Both the position numbers and the translations under genes were made by a program. Source: Candidatus Bathyarchaeota archaeon (GTDB taxonomy: Archaea; Thermoproteota; Bathyarchaeia; Bathyarchaeales; Bathycorpusculaceae). Taken from it: DNA of 64,000 nt. Of the stretch, positions 18,705 to 29,031 are shown in pieces (position 1 is the stretch's first letter; every line of letters starts with the position of its first letter). The notes beneath the pieces are model-generated. The model saw nothing but the letters and a program-made list of their open reading frames with translations, was not told where the DNA came from and did not search any database. The stretch spans positions 64,110 through 128,109 of the forward strand of contig CAVZIW010000002.1 of assembly GCA_963775465.1 (NCBI GenBank), read 5' to 3'.

Positions 18705-20333
18705 TTGAAAAGCGACGCAATCAAGAAGGGAATAGAAAAAGCACCTCACCGTGCGCTCTTCAAATCTTTAGGTTTAGAAGACGATGACATAGCAAAGCCA
18801 TTAATCGGGATAGCTAACAGCTACACAAACATAGTCCCCGGACATATACATCTGCGCACGATAGGCGAAGCTGTAAAAGAAGGCGTTTTATCCGCAGGTG
18901 GCACACCTTTTGAGTTCAACACTATCGCTGTTTGCGATGGTATAGCGATGGGACATGAAGGCATGCGCTATTCCCTGCCCTCAAGAGAAATAATTGCTGA
19001 CTCCGTGGAAATTATGCTTCAAGCCCACAGCTTAGATGGACTTGTTATGATTTCTAACTGCGACAAAATAACCCCTGGTATGCTTATGGCAGCTGCGCGA
19101 GTTAACATCCCAGCCATAATGGTAACAGGAGGACCAATGGCGGCAGGACGCCACCACGGCAAAAAAATAAGCTATTCTGCAATGCCTGAAGCACTCGGAC
19201 AAGTAGCCGCTGGAAAAATGACCAAAGGCGAATTACTGGAGATGGAAGCAAACGCCTGTCCAGGATGTGGATCTTGCAGCGGTATGTTCACAGCCAACAC
19301 CATGGCATGCATGACTGAAGCATTAGGGTTATCATTGCCTTATTGTGCAACATCACTTGCAAACAGCGCATTCAAAGCCCGATTAGCTAGAGCCACAGGC
19401 AAACAAATCATCAAACTTGTCCACGACGACCTCAAACCATCACAAATTCTCACCAAACAAGCCTTCCAAAACGCTATCGCACTCGACATGGCACTCGGCG
19501 GCTCCACCAACACCACTTTGCACTTGCCAGCGATCGCTAAAGAAGCCGGAATAAGCCTGCCTCTGTCAACCTTTGACGAAATCGGCAGAAAAGTGCCGCA
19601 CTTATGTAGCATGATTCCCAGCGGAATCTATGCGTTGGAAGACTTGGATGCAGCGGGTGGCGTCCCGGCTGTTATGCATGAACTCGGCAATCTGCTTCAC
19701 ATTGAGTTACCAACTGTTTCTGGTAGGACAGTTGGCGAAAACATCAAAGACGCCAAGGTGCTCGACCACGAAGTTATCCACAGTCTTTCTAACCCCGTTC
19801 ACAAGGAAGGCGGCATAGCCATTCTCACAGGTAACCTCGCACCCAAAGGTAGCGTTATCAAAACCGCAGGCGTTTCACCCAATATGCAAAAACACACAGG
19901 TCCAGCAAAAGTCTACGATTCAGAAAAAGACGCCCTAACCGCCATACGGGAAAAGGAAGTCAAATCTGGTGATGTTGTCGTTATTAGATATGAGGGACCA
20001 AGAGGTGGACCCGGTATGCCTGAAATGTTATTTCCAACCGCAACAATCGCAGGTATGGGTTTAGCTGAAAGTGTTGCATTAATCACCGATGGACGCTTCT
20101 CAGGCGCCACTCGAGGTGGAAGCATTGGCCATGTTGCTCCAGAAGCATTTGATGGAGGACCAATAGCTGTCATCCAAAATGGCGACACCATAACCATCGA
20201 CATCCCCAACCGAGTGCTAAAAGTCGAATTGACTGATAACGAACTCAAAGCACGCTTAACCGCTTGGAAACCCAGACCACCCAAAATTAGCAAGGGTATT
20301 CTCTCAAGGTACCAGCCGACACTAACAGAATAA
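18705..20333 (+). CDS. ilvD: dihydroxy-acid dehydratase
   Basis: CDGIAMGH, CDKITPG, GCGSCSGMFTANTM, YEGPRGGPGMPEM, TDGRFSG. Confidence 0.97.
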   Translation: MKSDAIKKGIEKAPHRALFKSLGLEDDDIAKPLIGIANSYTNIVPGHIHLRTIGEAVKEGVLSAGGTPFEFNTIAVCDGIAMGHEGMRYSLPSREIIADSVEIMLQAHSLDGLVMISNCDKITPGMLMAAARVNIPAIMVTGGPMAAGRHHGKKISYSAMPEALGQVAAGKMTKGELLEMEANACPGCGSCSGMFTANTMACMTEALGLSLPYCATSLANSAFKARLARATGKQIIKLVHDDLKPSQILTKQAFQNAIALDMALGGSTNTTLHLPAIAKEAGISLPLSTFDEIGRKVPHLCSMIPSGIYALEDLDAAGGVPAVMHELGNLLHIELPTVSGRTVGENIKDAKVLDHEVIHSLSNPVHKEGGIAILTGNLAPKGSVIKTAGVSPNMQKHTGPAKVYDSEKDALTAIREKEVKSGDVVVIRYEGPRGGPGMPEMLFPTATIAGMGLAESVALITDGRFSGATRGGSIGHVAPEAFDGGPIAVIQNGDTITIDIPNRVLKVELTDNELKARLTAWKPRPPKISKGILSRYQPTLTE

Positions 20334-20638
20334 GAACAAAAACTTCTGAAAGTGACTCGCTGGTTATGTCCCGCGGTCACAAATTCTTGTCGAGAATAAT
20401 ATTGGACTTTTTCTCCTCAAATCTTGCATGAGGTAAGGATAATAATTGAGCCGTTGCTAAAGTTTGGTGTTATCGTTTGGTATTTCATGTTCGTATTTGT
20501 TTAGGTTAGATTGATGGTATGCTAAAACTGCGCATTTCGGTTTCTGAAGAAATTTTTTGTTGCTTGACGTTAAAAACATACATAACACTGTGATAATCCT
20601 TAAATCCCTCTATTAGATACGTCTAATTTAGATATAAA

Positions 20639-21238
20639 ATGAAAAGAGTCAGCTTGTTCGTAATTATACTGATCACTTCTTTAGCAGCTCTCATAGCCGC
20701 AACCATAATAGGCTTTGAAATCTTTGCGTCTACCCAAAATCCATACAATTGGATGAGTCAAATGATAGGTAGCGGCGGAGATACTGGTGGGATGGCAGGA
20801 ATGATGGGAGGAACGACAACTGCGCCAGTAACCAGCTCATTCTTGTCTTACTTTGGTGCCATTTTCGCTGTACTAATCATGGTCACAATTATTGGAATAT
20901 TTGGAGTAGCTTACTATCTTATTTACCCTCAGATAAAAGTTGGAGTTGTGGGGAGCATACATACAGCGTCTAATCCTACCGCGCTAAATGGGAACGAAGC
21001 TAGTGCATACGATTCCGTAGCAAAAACGCTGACCGCTGAAGAACTCAAAGTCGTAGATGTACTTTCCACGCACAATGGTACATACCTGCAAAAATATATT
21101 AAAAGCGAAACAGGTCTTAGCCGTCTTAAGACTCACCGAATCGTTGCACGCCTCTCAGAACGTGGTATCGTTTCACTGGAAAAAACAGGTAACACTAATC
21201 AAGTTTACCTTGCTAACTGGCTTAACCAAAAAGGCTGA
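20639..21238 (+). CDS. membrane-anchored winged-helix transcriptional regulator
   Basis: Two TM segments flank a Met/Gly-rich loop. C-terminal wHTH (YLQKYIKSETGLSRLKTHRIVARLSERGIVSLEKTG). Confidence 0.75.
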   Translation: MKRVSLFVIILITSLAALIAATIIGFEIFASTQNPYNWMSQMIGSGGDTGGMAGMMGGTTTAPVTSSFLSYFGAIFAVLIMVTIIGIFGVAYYLIYPQIKVGVVGSIHTASNPTALNGNEASAYDSVAKTLTAEELKVVDVLSTHNGTYLQKYIKSETGLSRLKTHRIVARLSERGIVSLEKTGNTNQVYLANWLNQKG

Positions 21239-21446
21239 GTCAAAACCAGTATTCTTCTTTATTGTCAACGAAAAAATAGATTTCGCGCTGCCAATATTAT
21301 AACAAAATAATATATTGATTAATAGTTGTGGTTGTGGGTGTACTACTGCAAAAACCTTTTAGAAAGTAGATCTTCTAATTCTAATTAGTGTTAGATTCTA
21401 AAGGGGTAACAATCTTTTAAGGTCAAAACCGAAAAAGTCGATTTGA

Positions 21447-21794
21447 ATGTTAGTTAACGGTATGAAGCTGAAAGTTCAGCTTATTCCACGAAGTAAGCTT
21501 GCAGCGGTTTGGAAAACCTTAAGCGAAAAGCCTTTTCCAAACGTAAAAGCGTTGAAGCTAAACGATAATGATTTTAATTTTGTCCTTCAACACAGGCATT
21601 GCATCGAAGACGACTTCCGAGAAATCGAGGAATGGGGAAGAATACTTTCTACCAATGGCACCGATGCCTGCGTCTTTAACGCTGACGAAAATGAGACCGA
21701 GGACTTTGTTATCTTAATCAGAGAAAACCCCTATCATAGCTTAGAAGAACTCTTGTTTCATGAATTGTCGCATATTGCCCGAGGAGATCTATAA
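21447..21794 (+). CDS. small hypothetical protein with HExxH motif
   Basis: C-terminal LFHELSHI. Confidence 0.6.
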   Translation: MLVNGMKLKVQLIPRSKLAAVWKTLSEKPFPNVKALKLNDNDFNFVLQHRHCIEDDFREIEEWGRILSTNGTDACVFNADENETEDFVILIRENPYHSLEELLFHELSHIARGDL

Positions 21795-21795
21795 A

Positions 21796-22740
21796 TTACA
21801 CATTTTTGAGGATTTCTTCAGCAAATAACTTCAGACTGTCGAAATTTGGCAGATCAGCAAAGTATAGCATAAAGTAAGTTACCCCAAGATCTAGGTAAGC
21901 CTGCAGCGGTTCTATGCATTCCTCAGGTGTCCCAATTAAAGTCGCCTTTTTAAAGTCAGTTAAAGTCGTTGCGTTAGGTTTTGCTTCTTTAACTTTCGTA
22001 ATTAGCTCTTTCTGATTTTCGGCAATTAGTACTTGCCCTGCAGGCCAACAGGATTTTTCAATCTTACTAAAATCTCTGCCAATCTCTTTGCAGTTTTTTT
22101 CTAAAATCCCAAGTTTATTTTGAAACGATTCAATAGATAAATTGCCCCAGTCAAACCTGTCAGCGTATCTTGCAGTTACTTTCAGAAGTTTTTCTCCATT
22201 TCCCCCAATAATGATAGGTGGATTGGGCTTCTGAAGAGGTTTTGGTTCGCAAACCGCATCTTTAAGCGAGTAATGTTTACTTTGGTAGCTTGTTTTACCC
22301 TCTCTCCATAATTGAGTTATTACTTCGAGGGCTTGACCTAAAATTTCTATCCTCTCACTATGTTTCGGAAAACCAAAACCGTAAGCCACATGCTCAGCTT
22401 TTTGTATCCCTGCCCCAATTCCAAACTCTAATCTGCCGCCCGAGATGGCATCAAGGGTAGCGGCTGATTTTGCTACTAACACGGGGTTTCTATGGCTAAT
22501 GCAGGAAACCATTGTTCCTAACCTGATTCTACTTGTCTTAGCGGCAAGTGCAGAGAGGGTTGTCCAAGACTCGAATATAGACCAATGATCATACATTAAA
22601 TGGTCATCTAGCCAAATAGAATCATAATTCAAACGTTCGCATTCTAAAACTACGTCTAAGAGTTGTTGGTAGTGTGCTGTTGGGTTTTGAGTTTGAAAAG
22701 CGTAGAAAGGTAAAAACACGCCGAATTTGATTTTGCTCAC
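21796..22740 (-). CDS. LLM-class (luciferase-like, probably F420-dependent) oxidoreductase
   Basis: SIWLDDHL, ESWTTLSALAAKTSRIRLGT, SGGRLEFGIGAG, PPIIIGGNG. Confidence 0.9.
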   Translation of the reverse strand: MSKIKFGVFLPFYAFQTQNPTAHYQQLLDVVLECERLNYDSIWLDDHLMYDHWSIFESWTTLSALAAKTSRIRLGTMVSCISHRNPVLVAKSAATLDAISGGRLEFGIGAGIQKAEHVAYGFGFPKHSERIEILGQALEVITQLWREGKTSYQSKHYSLKDAVCEPKPLQKPNPPIIIGGNGEKLLKVTARYADRFDWGNLSIESFQNKLGILEKNCKEIGRDFSKIEKSCWPAGQVLIAENQKELITKVKEAKPNATTLTDFKKATLIGTPEECIEPLQAYLDLGVTYFMLYFADLPNFDSLKLFAEEILKNV

Positions 22741-22794
22741 GCCAATCCTCTTATTGTTTAGAAAATAGGCAGGTTTAGAGTATTAGGCTTTAGG

Positions 22795-24246
22795 TTACTT
22801 TTCGCTTCGGACTTCTTTACCTCTAACAAATGACAGAATTCCTGCAATTGTTAGTATTATAATTGATGCGTAGAAGGCGTTGTGTATTCCTCCTAGGAAA
22901 GCGTCACTGATACTGCCTGTTAGGTTAGAGGTTCCTATGAAAACTTCTAAAGCAACTTGTCGTGGAACAGAAGCAGCTGCAACTGAAATAGCTAAAACGT
23001 AGCTTCCGACTAGCCCGATGTTTTGTAATGTTCTAAGTAGGCCGGAGATGCTGCCAAATGAGCCAAATCTTGCGTTTGCCATAACAGCGCTGTTATTGGC
23101 GGGGAAGAACATGGAGGTTCCTATACCTGAAACCGCTGATGCCACCAGTACTATCCAGAGCGGAGAAGTAGTTGTCATTGTTAAGTAGATAAGAATGGCA
23201 GCGCCTAGGAAGAAAACTCCCGAAGTAGCGATATCTCTTGAGCCATATTTGTCGCTGAGTCTCCCCATGACTGGTCCTAAAAAGCTACCTGCAACATAAC
23301 CTGGCACCAGAAGCAAAGACGCATCCAAAGGTGAAAGTCCTCTTATGCCCTGCAAATACATTATAATTAAGAAGACAACGCTGAAATAGCCTACACTAAG
23401 GAAAAATGCGGAGAAAACTGCATTCCGCAGAACTTTGATTTTAAAGGCTTCAAAATCAATTAGAGAATTCTTTGAACGATGATCATACCATAAAAACACT
23501 GGAATAAGCAGTGCACCAACTAAAGCGATAACGAAACTGAAAACGCTAAATCCTTGCGCCGCAAAATCGACCAAACCCAAAGAAAGCAAAACTAACGCTG
23601 TTGCAAGCAGCCCCATGCTCAATAGGTTTAGTTTAGCGTCTGATTTTTGATTATCTTTTATGTATTTTATGCCGACGGCAGTGGCAACTAATCCGATTGG
23701 GATGTTTATGAAGAAAATAAACTGCCAATTTACAAATGTGGCTATTACTCCGCCTAGCACTATGCCAAGCATGGCTCCGCTTGTGAAGCCCAAAGCATTA
23801 TATCCATATGCTCTACCTCGGACTTTGGGTGGAAAAACGTCGGCTATAATGGCTCCGCTGGTTGCTTGCATTATAGCGCCTCCAGTTGCTTGTACTACTC
23901 TAAAAGCGATCAGCATGTAGATGTGCGTAGAAAAACCACATAATGCCGAGCCCACAGTAAAGATCACAAAGCCAAGGTTGAAGATTTTACTTCTGCCGTA
24001 TATATCGCCGATTCTACCCATCTGTGTAGTGGCTACCGCAATTACAAGCAAATAAGCTAGAATTATCCAAATAGTTGTAGCAAGGTCAGAATGGAGGCTG
24101 TCATTAATTACCGGAAATGCCAACAAAACGATGGTGCTGTCAAGCGCACCCATCATGGTGCCGAGCACAACAATTGCCAATATTATTCGACTATGCGGTT
24201 TAGAAAAATTAGCAACAGGTTTGTTCTGCGGTTGACCTTGACTCAT
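22795..24246 (-). CDS. MFS transporter, DHA2 (14-TM) family
   Basis: LDSTIVLLAFP, GRIGDIYGR, FRVVQATGG, GRLSDKYG. Confidence 0.92.
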   Translation of the reverse strand: MSQGQPQNKPVANFSKPHSRIILAIVVLGTMMGALDSTIVLLAFPVINDSLHSDLATTIWIILAYLLVIAVATTQMGRIGDIYGRSKIFNLGFVIFTVGSALCGFSTHIYMLIAFRVVQATGGAIMQATSGAIIADVFPPKVRGRAYGYNALGFTSGAMLGIVLGGVIATFVNWQFIFFINIPIGLVATAVGIKYIKDNQKSDAKLNLLSMGLLATALVLLSLGLVDFAAQGFSVFSFVIALVGALLIPVFLWYDHRSKNSLIDFEAFKIKVLRNAVFSAFFLSVGYFSVVFLIIMYLQGIRGLSPLDASLLLVPGYVAGSFLGPVMGRLSDKYGSRDIATSGVFFLGAAILIYLTMTTTSPLWIVLVASAVSGIGTSMFFPANNSAVMANARFGSFGSISGLLRTLQNIGLVGSYVLAISVAAASVPRQVALEVFIGTSNLTGSISDAFLGGIHNAFYASIIILTIAGILSFVRGKEVRSEK

Positions 24247-24413
24247 CAAGTCCCTTCTAATAAAAAACAAGACAAGTTCTTCCTTAATATAAACAAACCC
24301 ATAATGAAAAAATCTTTTTTCCTACCATCGTGATTACTTAAAGCAAGAAGATAAGTAATTATAATTCATAGACCCTATTTTTATAAGTCCTACCAGAAGT
24401 AAGTGGTTTTCGA

Positions 24414-24926
24414 ATGCCTACCAAACCGCCCTCCATCTTCGAATTGATGAACGAAGAAAGCGAGAGCAAGGTCAGCGAAGAAGAAGAACGGCGACAGCGC
24501 CGAAAAGAACTCCTTGAACCCACAGGGATAAAAGAACTATTCAAAGAAGGCAAAATTGACATAAACAAATTTACCTGTGTGGGAGGACAATGTAAACTCT
24601 GCATCAAAGCTTGCCCAACAAACGCACTTTATTGGAGCACGGGGCAAGTCGGCATCATCGAAGATTTATGTGTTTATTGCGGAGCTTGCGTGCTTAACTG
24701 CATGGTAGATGACTGCATAAAAGTCGAACGCAAACGCGAAGACGGAAAAACCGAATGTTTCAGCAAACCCAAAGACGTAATAAAATTAGCAGAAAAACTC
24801 AATAGCCAAAAACGTTTTGAGCGAGTAAAAACAAATGCAGCAACATTACGACGAAGCTACAAAGAAGACAATGTCAAGAAATATCAAAATCTGGAGAAAC
24901 TCTACTCGGACCAAAGTAAAATTTAG
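24414..24926 (+). CDS. 2x[4Fe-4S] ferredoxin-domain protein
   Basis: CVGGQCKLCIKACP and CVYCGACVLNC, flanked by charged helical extensions. Confidence 0.8.
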   Translation: MPTKPPSIFELMNEESESKVSEEEERRQRRKELLEPTGIKELFKEGKIDINKFTCVGGQCKLCIKACPTNALYWSTGQVGIIEDLCVYCGACVLNCMVDDCIKVERKREDGKTECFSKPKDVIKLAEKLNSQKRFERVKTNAATLRRSYKEDNVKKYQNLEKLYSDQSKI

Positions 24927-25014
24927 GGTATTGTTTGATTTAGAAATGGAAAAGCCGATAGGAACGCTGATAAGTAAAAACATTATTTTAACAAAAACAC
25001 AGGAAGTCAGATCC

Positions 25015-26031
25015 ATGAGTAAAACTTACAATATAGCTGCACTCAAAGGCGACGGCATTGGACCTGAAGTATCCGAAGCCACCGTTAAAGTGCTTGAAGC
25101 AGTTGAAAAAAAATCCAACATCAAACTTAACATTCTCTATGGTGAAGCAGGAGCCCACTGCATACCCCAGTTTGGAACGAATTTGCCTAAAGAAACAGTG
25201 GAGCTGATAAAACAGACAAACGCCTGCCTCAAAGGACCCATGACTACCCCCGAGGAACCGGGCGCTCCAGTCAGCGTAGCAGTTACCCTGCGACGAATGT
25301 TTAACTTATATGCTAACGTTCGTCCATGTCGCACTTTCCCAAACGTTGAATCCCTCAAACCCAACATTGACCTAGTTGTTGTCCGCGAAAACACAGAGGG
25401 CATGTACTCTGGTATGGAATCGGTTTTATCCCCCGGTGTCGGCGTTGCCCTACGAATAATTACCCATGAAGCCTCGCTAAAAGTCGCTGACTTCGCCTTT
25501 AAACTTTCCATGCAACGCAGAAAACACCTCACATACGTTCACAAAGGAAACATTCTTCGTGTAACTGATGGCATCTTCAAAGATGCAGTCAAAGAAGCAC
25601 AGAAGAATTATCCTGACGTAGACGTCGATGACTTACATATTGACGCAGCCACGATGCAACTTATCAAACAACCTGAAAAATACGATGTCATGGTAACCAC
25701 AAACCTCTTCGGCGACATAATCAGTGATGAAGCAGCTCAAGTAACTGGCAGCTTAGGATTGGCAGCAGGCGCAAACATCGGACCTTCCTACGGCATGTTT
25801 GAACCTGTTCACGGCTCCGCACCAAAATACACGGGCATGAACAGGGTGAACCCCATCGCAACCATAATGGCTGGTGCAATGATGCTGGATTATCTCGGCG
25901 AAAAAGCAGCCTCAAAGAAAATAGAGGATGCAGTAATAGCTGTGCTTACCGAAGGCAAAGTTAGAACACCCGACTTAGGCGGCTCAGCTAAAGGCACCGA
26001 AATAACAGACGCTATCGTACAAAAAATTTAA
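25015..26031 (+). CDS. isocitrate/homoisocitrate/isopropylmalate dehydrogenase family protein (second paralogue)
   Basis: GDGIGPE, KGPMTTP...SVAVTLRR, RENTEG, NLFGDIISD, EPVHGSAP. Real start is the ATG at 25015. Confidence 0.88.
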   Translation: MSKTYNIAALKGDGIGPEVSEATVKVLEAVEKKSNIKLNILYGEAGAHCIPQFGTNLPKETVELIKQTNACLKGPMTTPEEPGAPVSVAVTLRRMFNLYANVRPCRTFPNVESLKPNIDLVVVRENTEGMYSGMESVLSPGVGVALRIITHEASLKVADFAFKLSMQRRKHLTYVHKGNILRVTDGIFKDAVKEAQKNYPDVDVDDLHIDAATMQLIKQPEKYDVMVTTNLFGDIISDEAAQVTGSLGLAAGANIGPSYGMFEPVHGSAPKYTGMNRVNPIATIMAGAMMLDYLGEKAASKKIEDAVIAVLTEGKVRTPDLGGSAKGTEITDAIVQKI

Positions 26032-26045
26032 CAACCATTCTCTTT

Positions 26046-26900
26046 TTATTTTAATACATCGACAAAGGTGTTTGAGTCCACGTGAACTTCTAGCATGCCA
26101 TTTTGGGTTTCCTTTACTCTTGCATTAACTAATAGCAATCGCGGGCTTTCTCTAAGCAAAACTTCTATCTCAGCAACCTTTTCATTCCAAGCAACCAACG
26201 TAACTTCACCTGAGTCATCCCTGAAGGCTAAACGCATAACTACTCCATCACTATCATCGCTTCGTGAAAATGCTTTCTTGCCTAAAACCGCTTTCACTGC
26301 TCCTGAGAGGTGTACTTTTCCTGAGGTGCTACTCAAAGACTGAATTTTAGAGGCAAACTTTTTGATCGAAGAATAATCAAGGTTTTGAGCTGGACCTTTG
26401 ATTTCAATTTGGCTTTTACTGCCCATATGCAGTTCAACTGCGCCGGTGCAATCTTGCTTTGTGTAGCCGTGCGTTAGTTTAATTGTTTGTCCCGCTATAA
26501 GTTCGCCCTGCTCAACCAACTCAACTTTTGAATCCCACAAGACTACCCGCAAAATCCCATTGCTATCCATCAACATAACAGTAGCTAACTTTCCAGATTT
26601 TTCAGCACCTTGAAAGGACTTGACTGGGTAAATTGCAACTATTTGTCCTTCAACCGTAACATTGTTCAAACCTGCTAGCAATTGATTAGTTTGCAAAATT
26701 CCTTTATTGGCAACGTGATTTTGCTGGACTTGAACGCCGAATTTAGCAGCAATCAAACGCAAAAGTGTTTCATCTCTCAATAGACCGCCCGTCCGGCTTC
26801 TTTCTGCTTTGAGTCTTTCTTGAATTTGTTCAAGGCTGATTTGAGGATTTTGACTTTGGATTTCTTTGACGAGGTCTTGGGTTGTCATTTGCGTCGACAC
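26046..26900 (-). CDS. replication protein A / SSB-like protein with two OB folds
   Basis: DSNGILRVVLWD and DDSGEVTLVAWN OB-fold repeats. Confidence 0.8.
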   Translation of the reverse strand: MSTQMTTQDLVKEIQSQNPQISLEQIQERLKAERSRTGGLLRDETLLRLIAAKFGVQVQQNHVANKGILQTNQLLAGLNNVTVEGQIVAIYPVKSFQGAEKSGKLATVMLMDSNGILRVVLWDSKVELVEQGELIAGQTIKLTHGYTKQDCTGAVELHMGSKSQIEIKGPAQNLDYSSIKKFASKIQSLSSTSGKVHLSGAVKAVLGKKAFSRSDDSDGVVMRLAFRDDSGEVTLVAWNEKVAEIEVLLRESPRLLLVNARVKETQNGMLEVHVDSNTFVDVLK

Positions 26901-26995
26901 GAATAGAGCGATAAGGGTTTTTAACTTTTAGCTTAATTACAACTTTTAACACTAATTATTGAATAAAGATAGATGGGTAACCAGGGGAAACGAGC

Positions 26996-27247
26996 TTGGA
27001 CGCATCAATATTTTACGCACTCGGCATTACACTTTTCATTGTCGGAGTAATAGTCATAATTACAGCCATTATACTCGCATCCTCCGCTAACCCAAAGAAA
27101 GGAAAAATGAAAGGTGCAGGTGTAATCATGATTGGTCCAATTCCCATAATTTTTGGCACAGACAAGAAATCTGTAAAGATGGCGTTTGCTTTGGCGCTTG
27201 CCATGATCATGTTAATAGTTATAATAATATATTGGTTGATGAGGTAG
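26996..27247 (+). CDS. DUF131 (TIGR00304) membrane protein
   Basis: GAGVIMIGPIPIIFGTD between two TM segments. Confidence 0.85.
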   Translation: MDASIFYALGITLFIVGVIVIITAIILASSANPKKGKMKGAGVIMIGPIPIIFGTDKKSVKMAFALALAMIMLIVIIIYWLMR

Positions 27248-27252
27248 CAAGA

Positions 27253-27546
27253 ATGCTTACTAAAGAATACGAGGATGCAGGTTTAGACGTTTCAAATAAA
27301 ACTCTATGGCTCTTGTTTTTGGGCATAACTTTAGTTTTTGTGGGAATATTCGTTATTGTTGTTGCCTCAGTGGCTTTCGAAGGGTCAGGAAGCGTGGGAG
27401 GTGTTATTCTGATCGGTCCCATCCCCATTGTTTTTGGAGCTGGCCCCGATCCTGGACTACTTGTTGCCGTTGGAATAGTAATTACAATAATTAGTGTCGT
27501 CTTATTTTTGGTTTTCAACAAACGTATGAAGAGAAAAAACGATTAA
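27253..27546 (+). CDS. DUF131 (TIGR00304) membrane protein, tandem paralogue
   Basis: GGVILIGPIPIVFG; GAGGT SD at 27241. Confidence 0.8.
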   Translation: MLTKEYEDAGLDVSNKTLWLLFLGITLVFVGIFVIVVASVAFEGSGSVGGVILIGPIPIVFGAGPDPGLLVAVGIVITIISVVLFLVFNKRMKRKND

Positions 27547-27553
27547 TTTTTAC

Positions 27554-27676
27554 TTATTCGTTGTCTTGATCTTCATCTCTGCCAAAATAGGCATACATGA
27601 ATATTAGGATTAGAGCAATAAAAATTGAACCCATCAAGATATACTGCAATGTTACGAAGTATGCGCCTAAATCCAT
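27554..27676 (-). CDS. 40-aa single-TM microprotein
   Basis: Not in the track: MDLGAYFVTLQYILMGSIFIALILIFMYAYFGRDEDQDNE. Purine-rich AAGGGGA upstream. Confidence 0.55.
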   Translation of the reverse strand: MDLGAYFVTLQYILMGSIFIALILIFMYAYFGRDEDQDNE

Positions 27677-27721
27677 AGAGATTCCCCTTGCATTTTACTC
27701 TACACTTGTAACTCTTCATAT

Positions 27722-28135
27722 TTAAGTAGTAGCTTTTTTCCACTCATCCATTAGCATACCAAAACATTCATCGCTTTCCTCAAAACCCTCGAACCAGCCA
27801 AGGTTCTGCGCCATCTTCTGCGTCAATAAATGATAACACATGTGAACTCTCTTATCCAAAACCCGAAAATAGAAGTCGTCACATGTGCAAAATTCAGCTT
27901 CAGGCATAATCAAATAATCACGCTCCCGACCAACAACAATCCAAACTGTTCTACCGCTAGGTTTGAAAACGTATTTTTTTACTCTGCCTTCTTTTAGGGC
28001 TTCTAACGCTTTGGTGAAACGTTGCCCAAAGAGTTCGTAGAGTTCGGTGAGGTTTTCACCTGACAGTTTCCCAACTGCTTTTGCTTCTCTACATACAGCG
28101 TTTAGGGTGTCGATTTCTGATTTTCCACTCATCAT
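27722..28135 (-). CDS. SWIM zinc-finger protein
   Basis: FCTCDDFYFR...CYH. Confidence 0.8.
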   Translation of the reverse strand: MMSGKSEIDTLNAVCREAKAVGKLSGENLTELYELFGQRFTKALEALKEGRVKKYVFKPSGRTVWIVVGRERDYLIMPEAEFCTCDDFYFRVLDKRVHMCYHLLTQKMAQNLGWFEGFEESDECFGMLMDEWKKATT

Positions 28136-28174
28136 GACACTATCTACTGTGAATTAAGGGAACAATAGAGACGT

Positions 28175-28768
28175 TTATCCTATGTTGATTGGTTCGCCTT
28201 TAGGTTTTGACGCTTCTGATTTTGGAAGTACAACTTCTAGGACACCGTTTTTATAGCTCGAGTTCGCTTCTTTAACTTTTACTTTTACAGGTAACTTAAC
28301 TTCTTTATAGTATTTGTATTGAGGGTTATCAACAGCAATTTCAAGTGAATCTTCCGTTCCTTGGAGTTTAATGTCACTTTTTTCAACTCCCGGAAGCTCA
28401 ACAACAACATGGACATCGCTGTTTGTCTCAACGATGTCAACAAGAGGTTCCCGTTCTTCTTTTACTAGAGGAGTTCCTTTGAGTCCTTTCTTGATGTTTC
28501 CAAACTTTTGAATTTCAGGTTTACCATCTGATCCAATTTTCATGCTATAACCGTAAACAAACGGTCCAAGTTCCTTAACAGTGCTGCCGTCTGGAAGCTT
28601 GCGTTCCTTTACATATTCTTTTGGGACTTTTTGGGTAAATTTTTTCAGTTCTTCATCCATCATTTTCTCCATTTCATGAAACATTTCATCCATATCTCCG
28701 AAGAATGGATCTTTTGATGGGCGACGCTTTCTGAACCATTCAGGGAAATCGTCATTATCTGAAGACAC
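28175..28768 (-). CDS. hsp20: archaeal small heat-shock protein Hsp20
   Basis: GPFVYGYS...DGKP...FGN, REPLVDI, ELPGVEK, YKNGVLEV. GTG start after GGTGAT. Confidence 0.93.
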   Translation of the reverse strand: MSSDNDDFPEWFRKRRPSKDPFFGDMDEMFHEMEKMMDEELKKFTQKVPKEYVKERKLPDGSTVKELGPFVYGYSMKIGSDGKPEIQKFGNIKKGLKGTPLVKEEREPLVDIVETNSDVHVVVELPGVEKSDIKLQGTEDSLEIAVDNPQYKYYKEVKLPVKVKVKEANSSYKNGVLEVVLPKSEASKPKGEPINIG

Positions 28769-29031
28769 ACAAATCACCAAGGTATCATGGATTTTTCAAT
28801 CCAATAAATTTATTGTTACAACTAATAATAACTTCATGTAAATCTGCCCTGTCAATTTTCAATAGTTTATTGAATCAAAAAGAACTTCAATTATGCACTT
28901 GAATAAACGGCTAATGCTTAGCGGCACAAAACTCTAAGTACATAAGCTAAAACTCAAGAAATATGGTTTAAAGGTTTAAATGAAGGAAAATAAACTAAAA
29001 TGGCATCGGCTTAAAAACCGGGAGGTAACGT

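Noticed and set aside
24835-25014. 60-aa N-terminal extension of the dehydrogenase in the ORF track
   Set aside because: It overlaps the ferredoxin gene; family similarity begins at the ATG at 25015.
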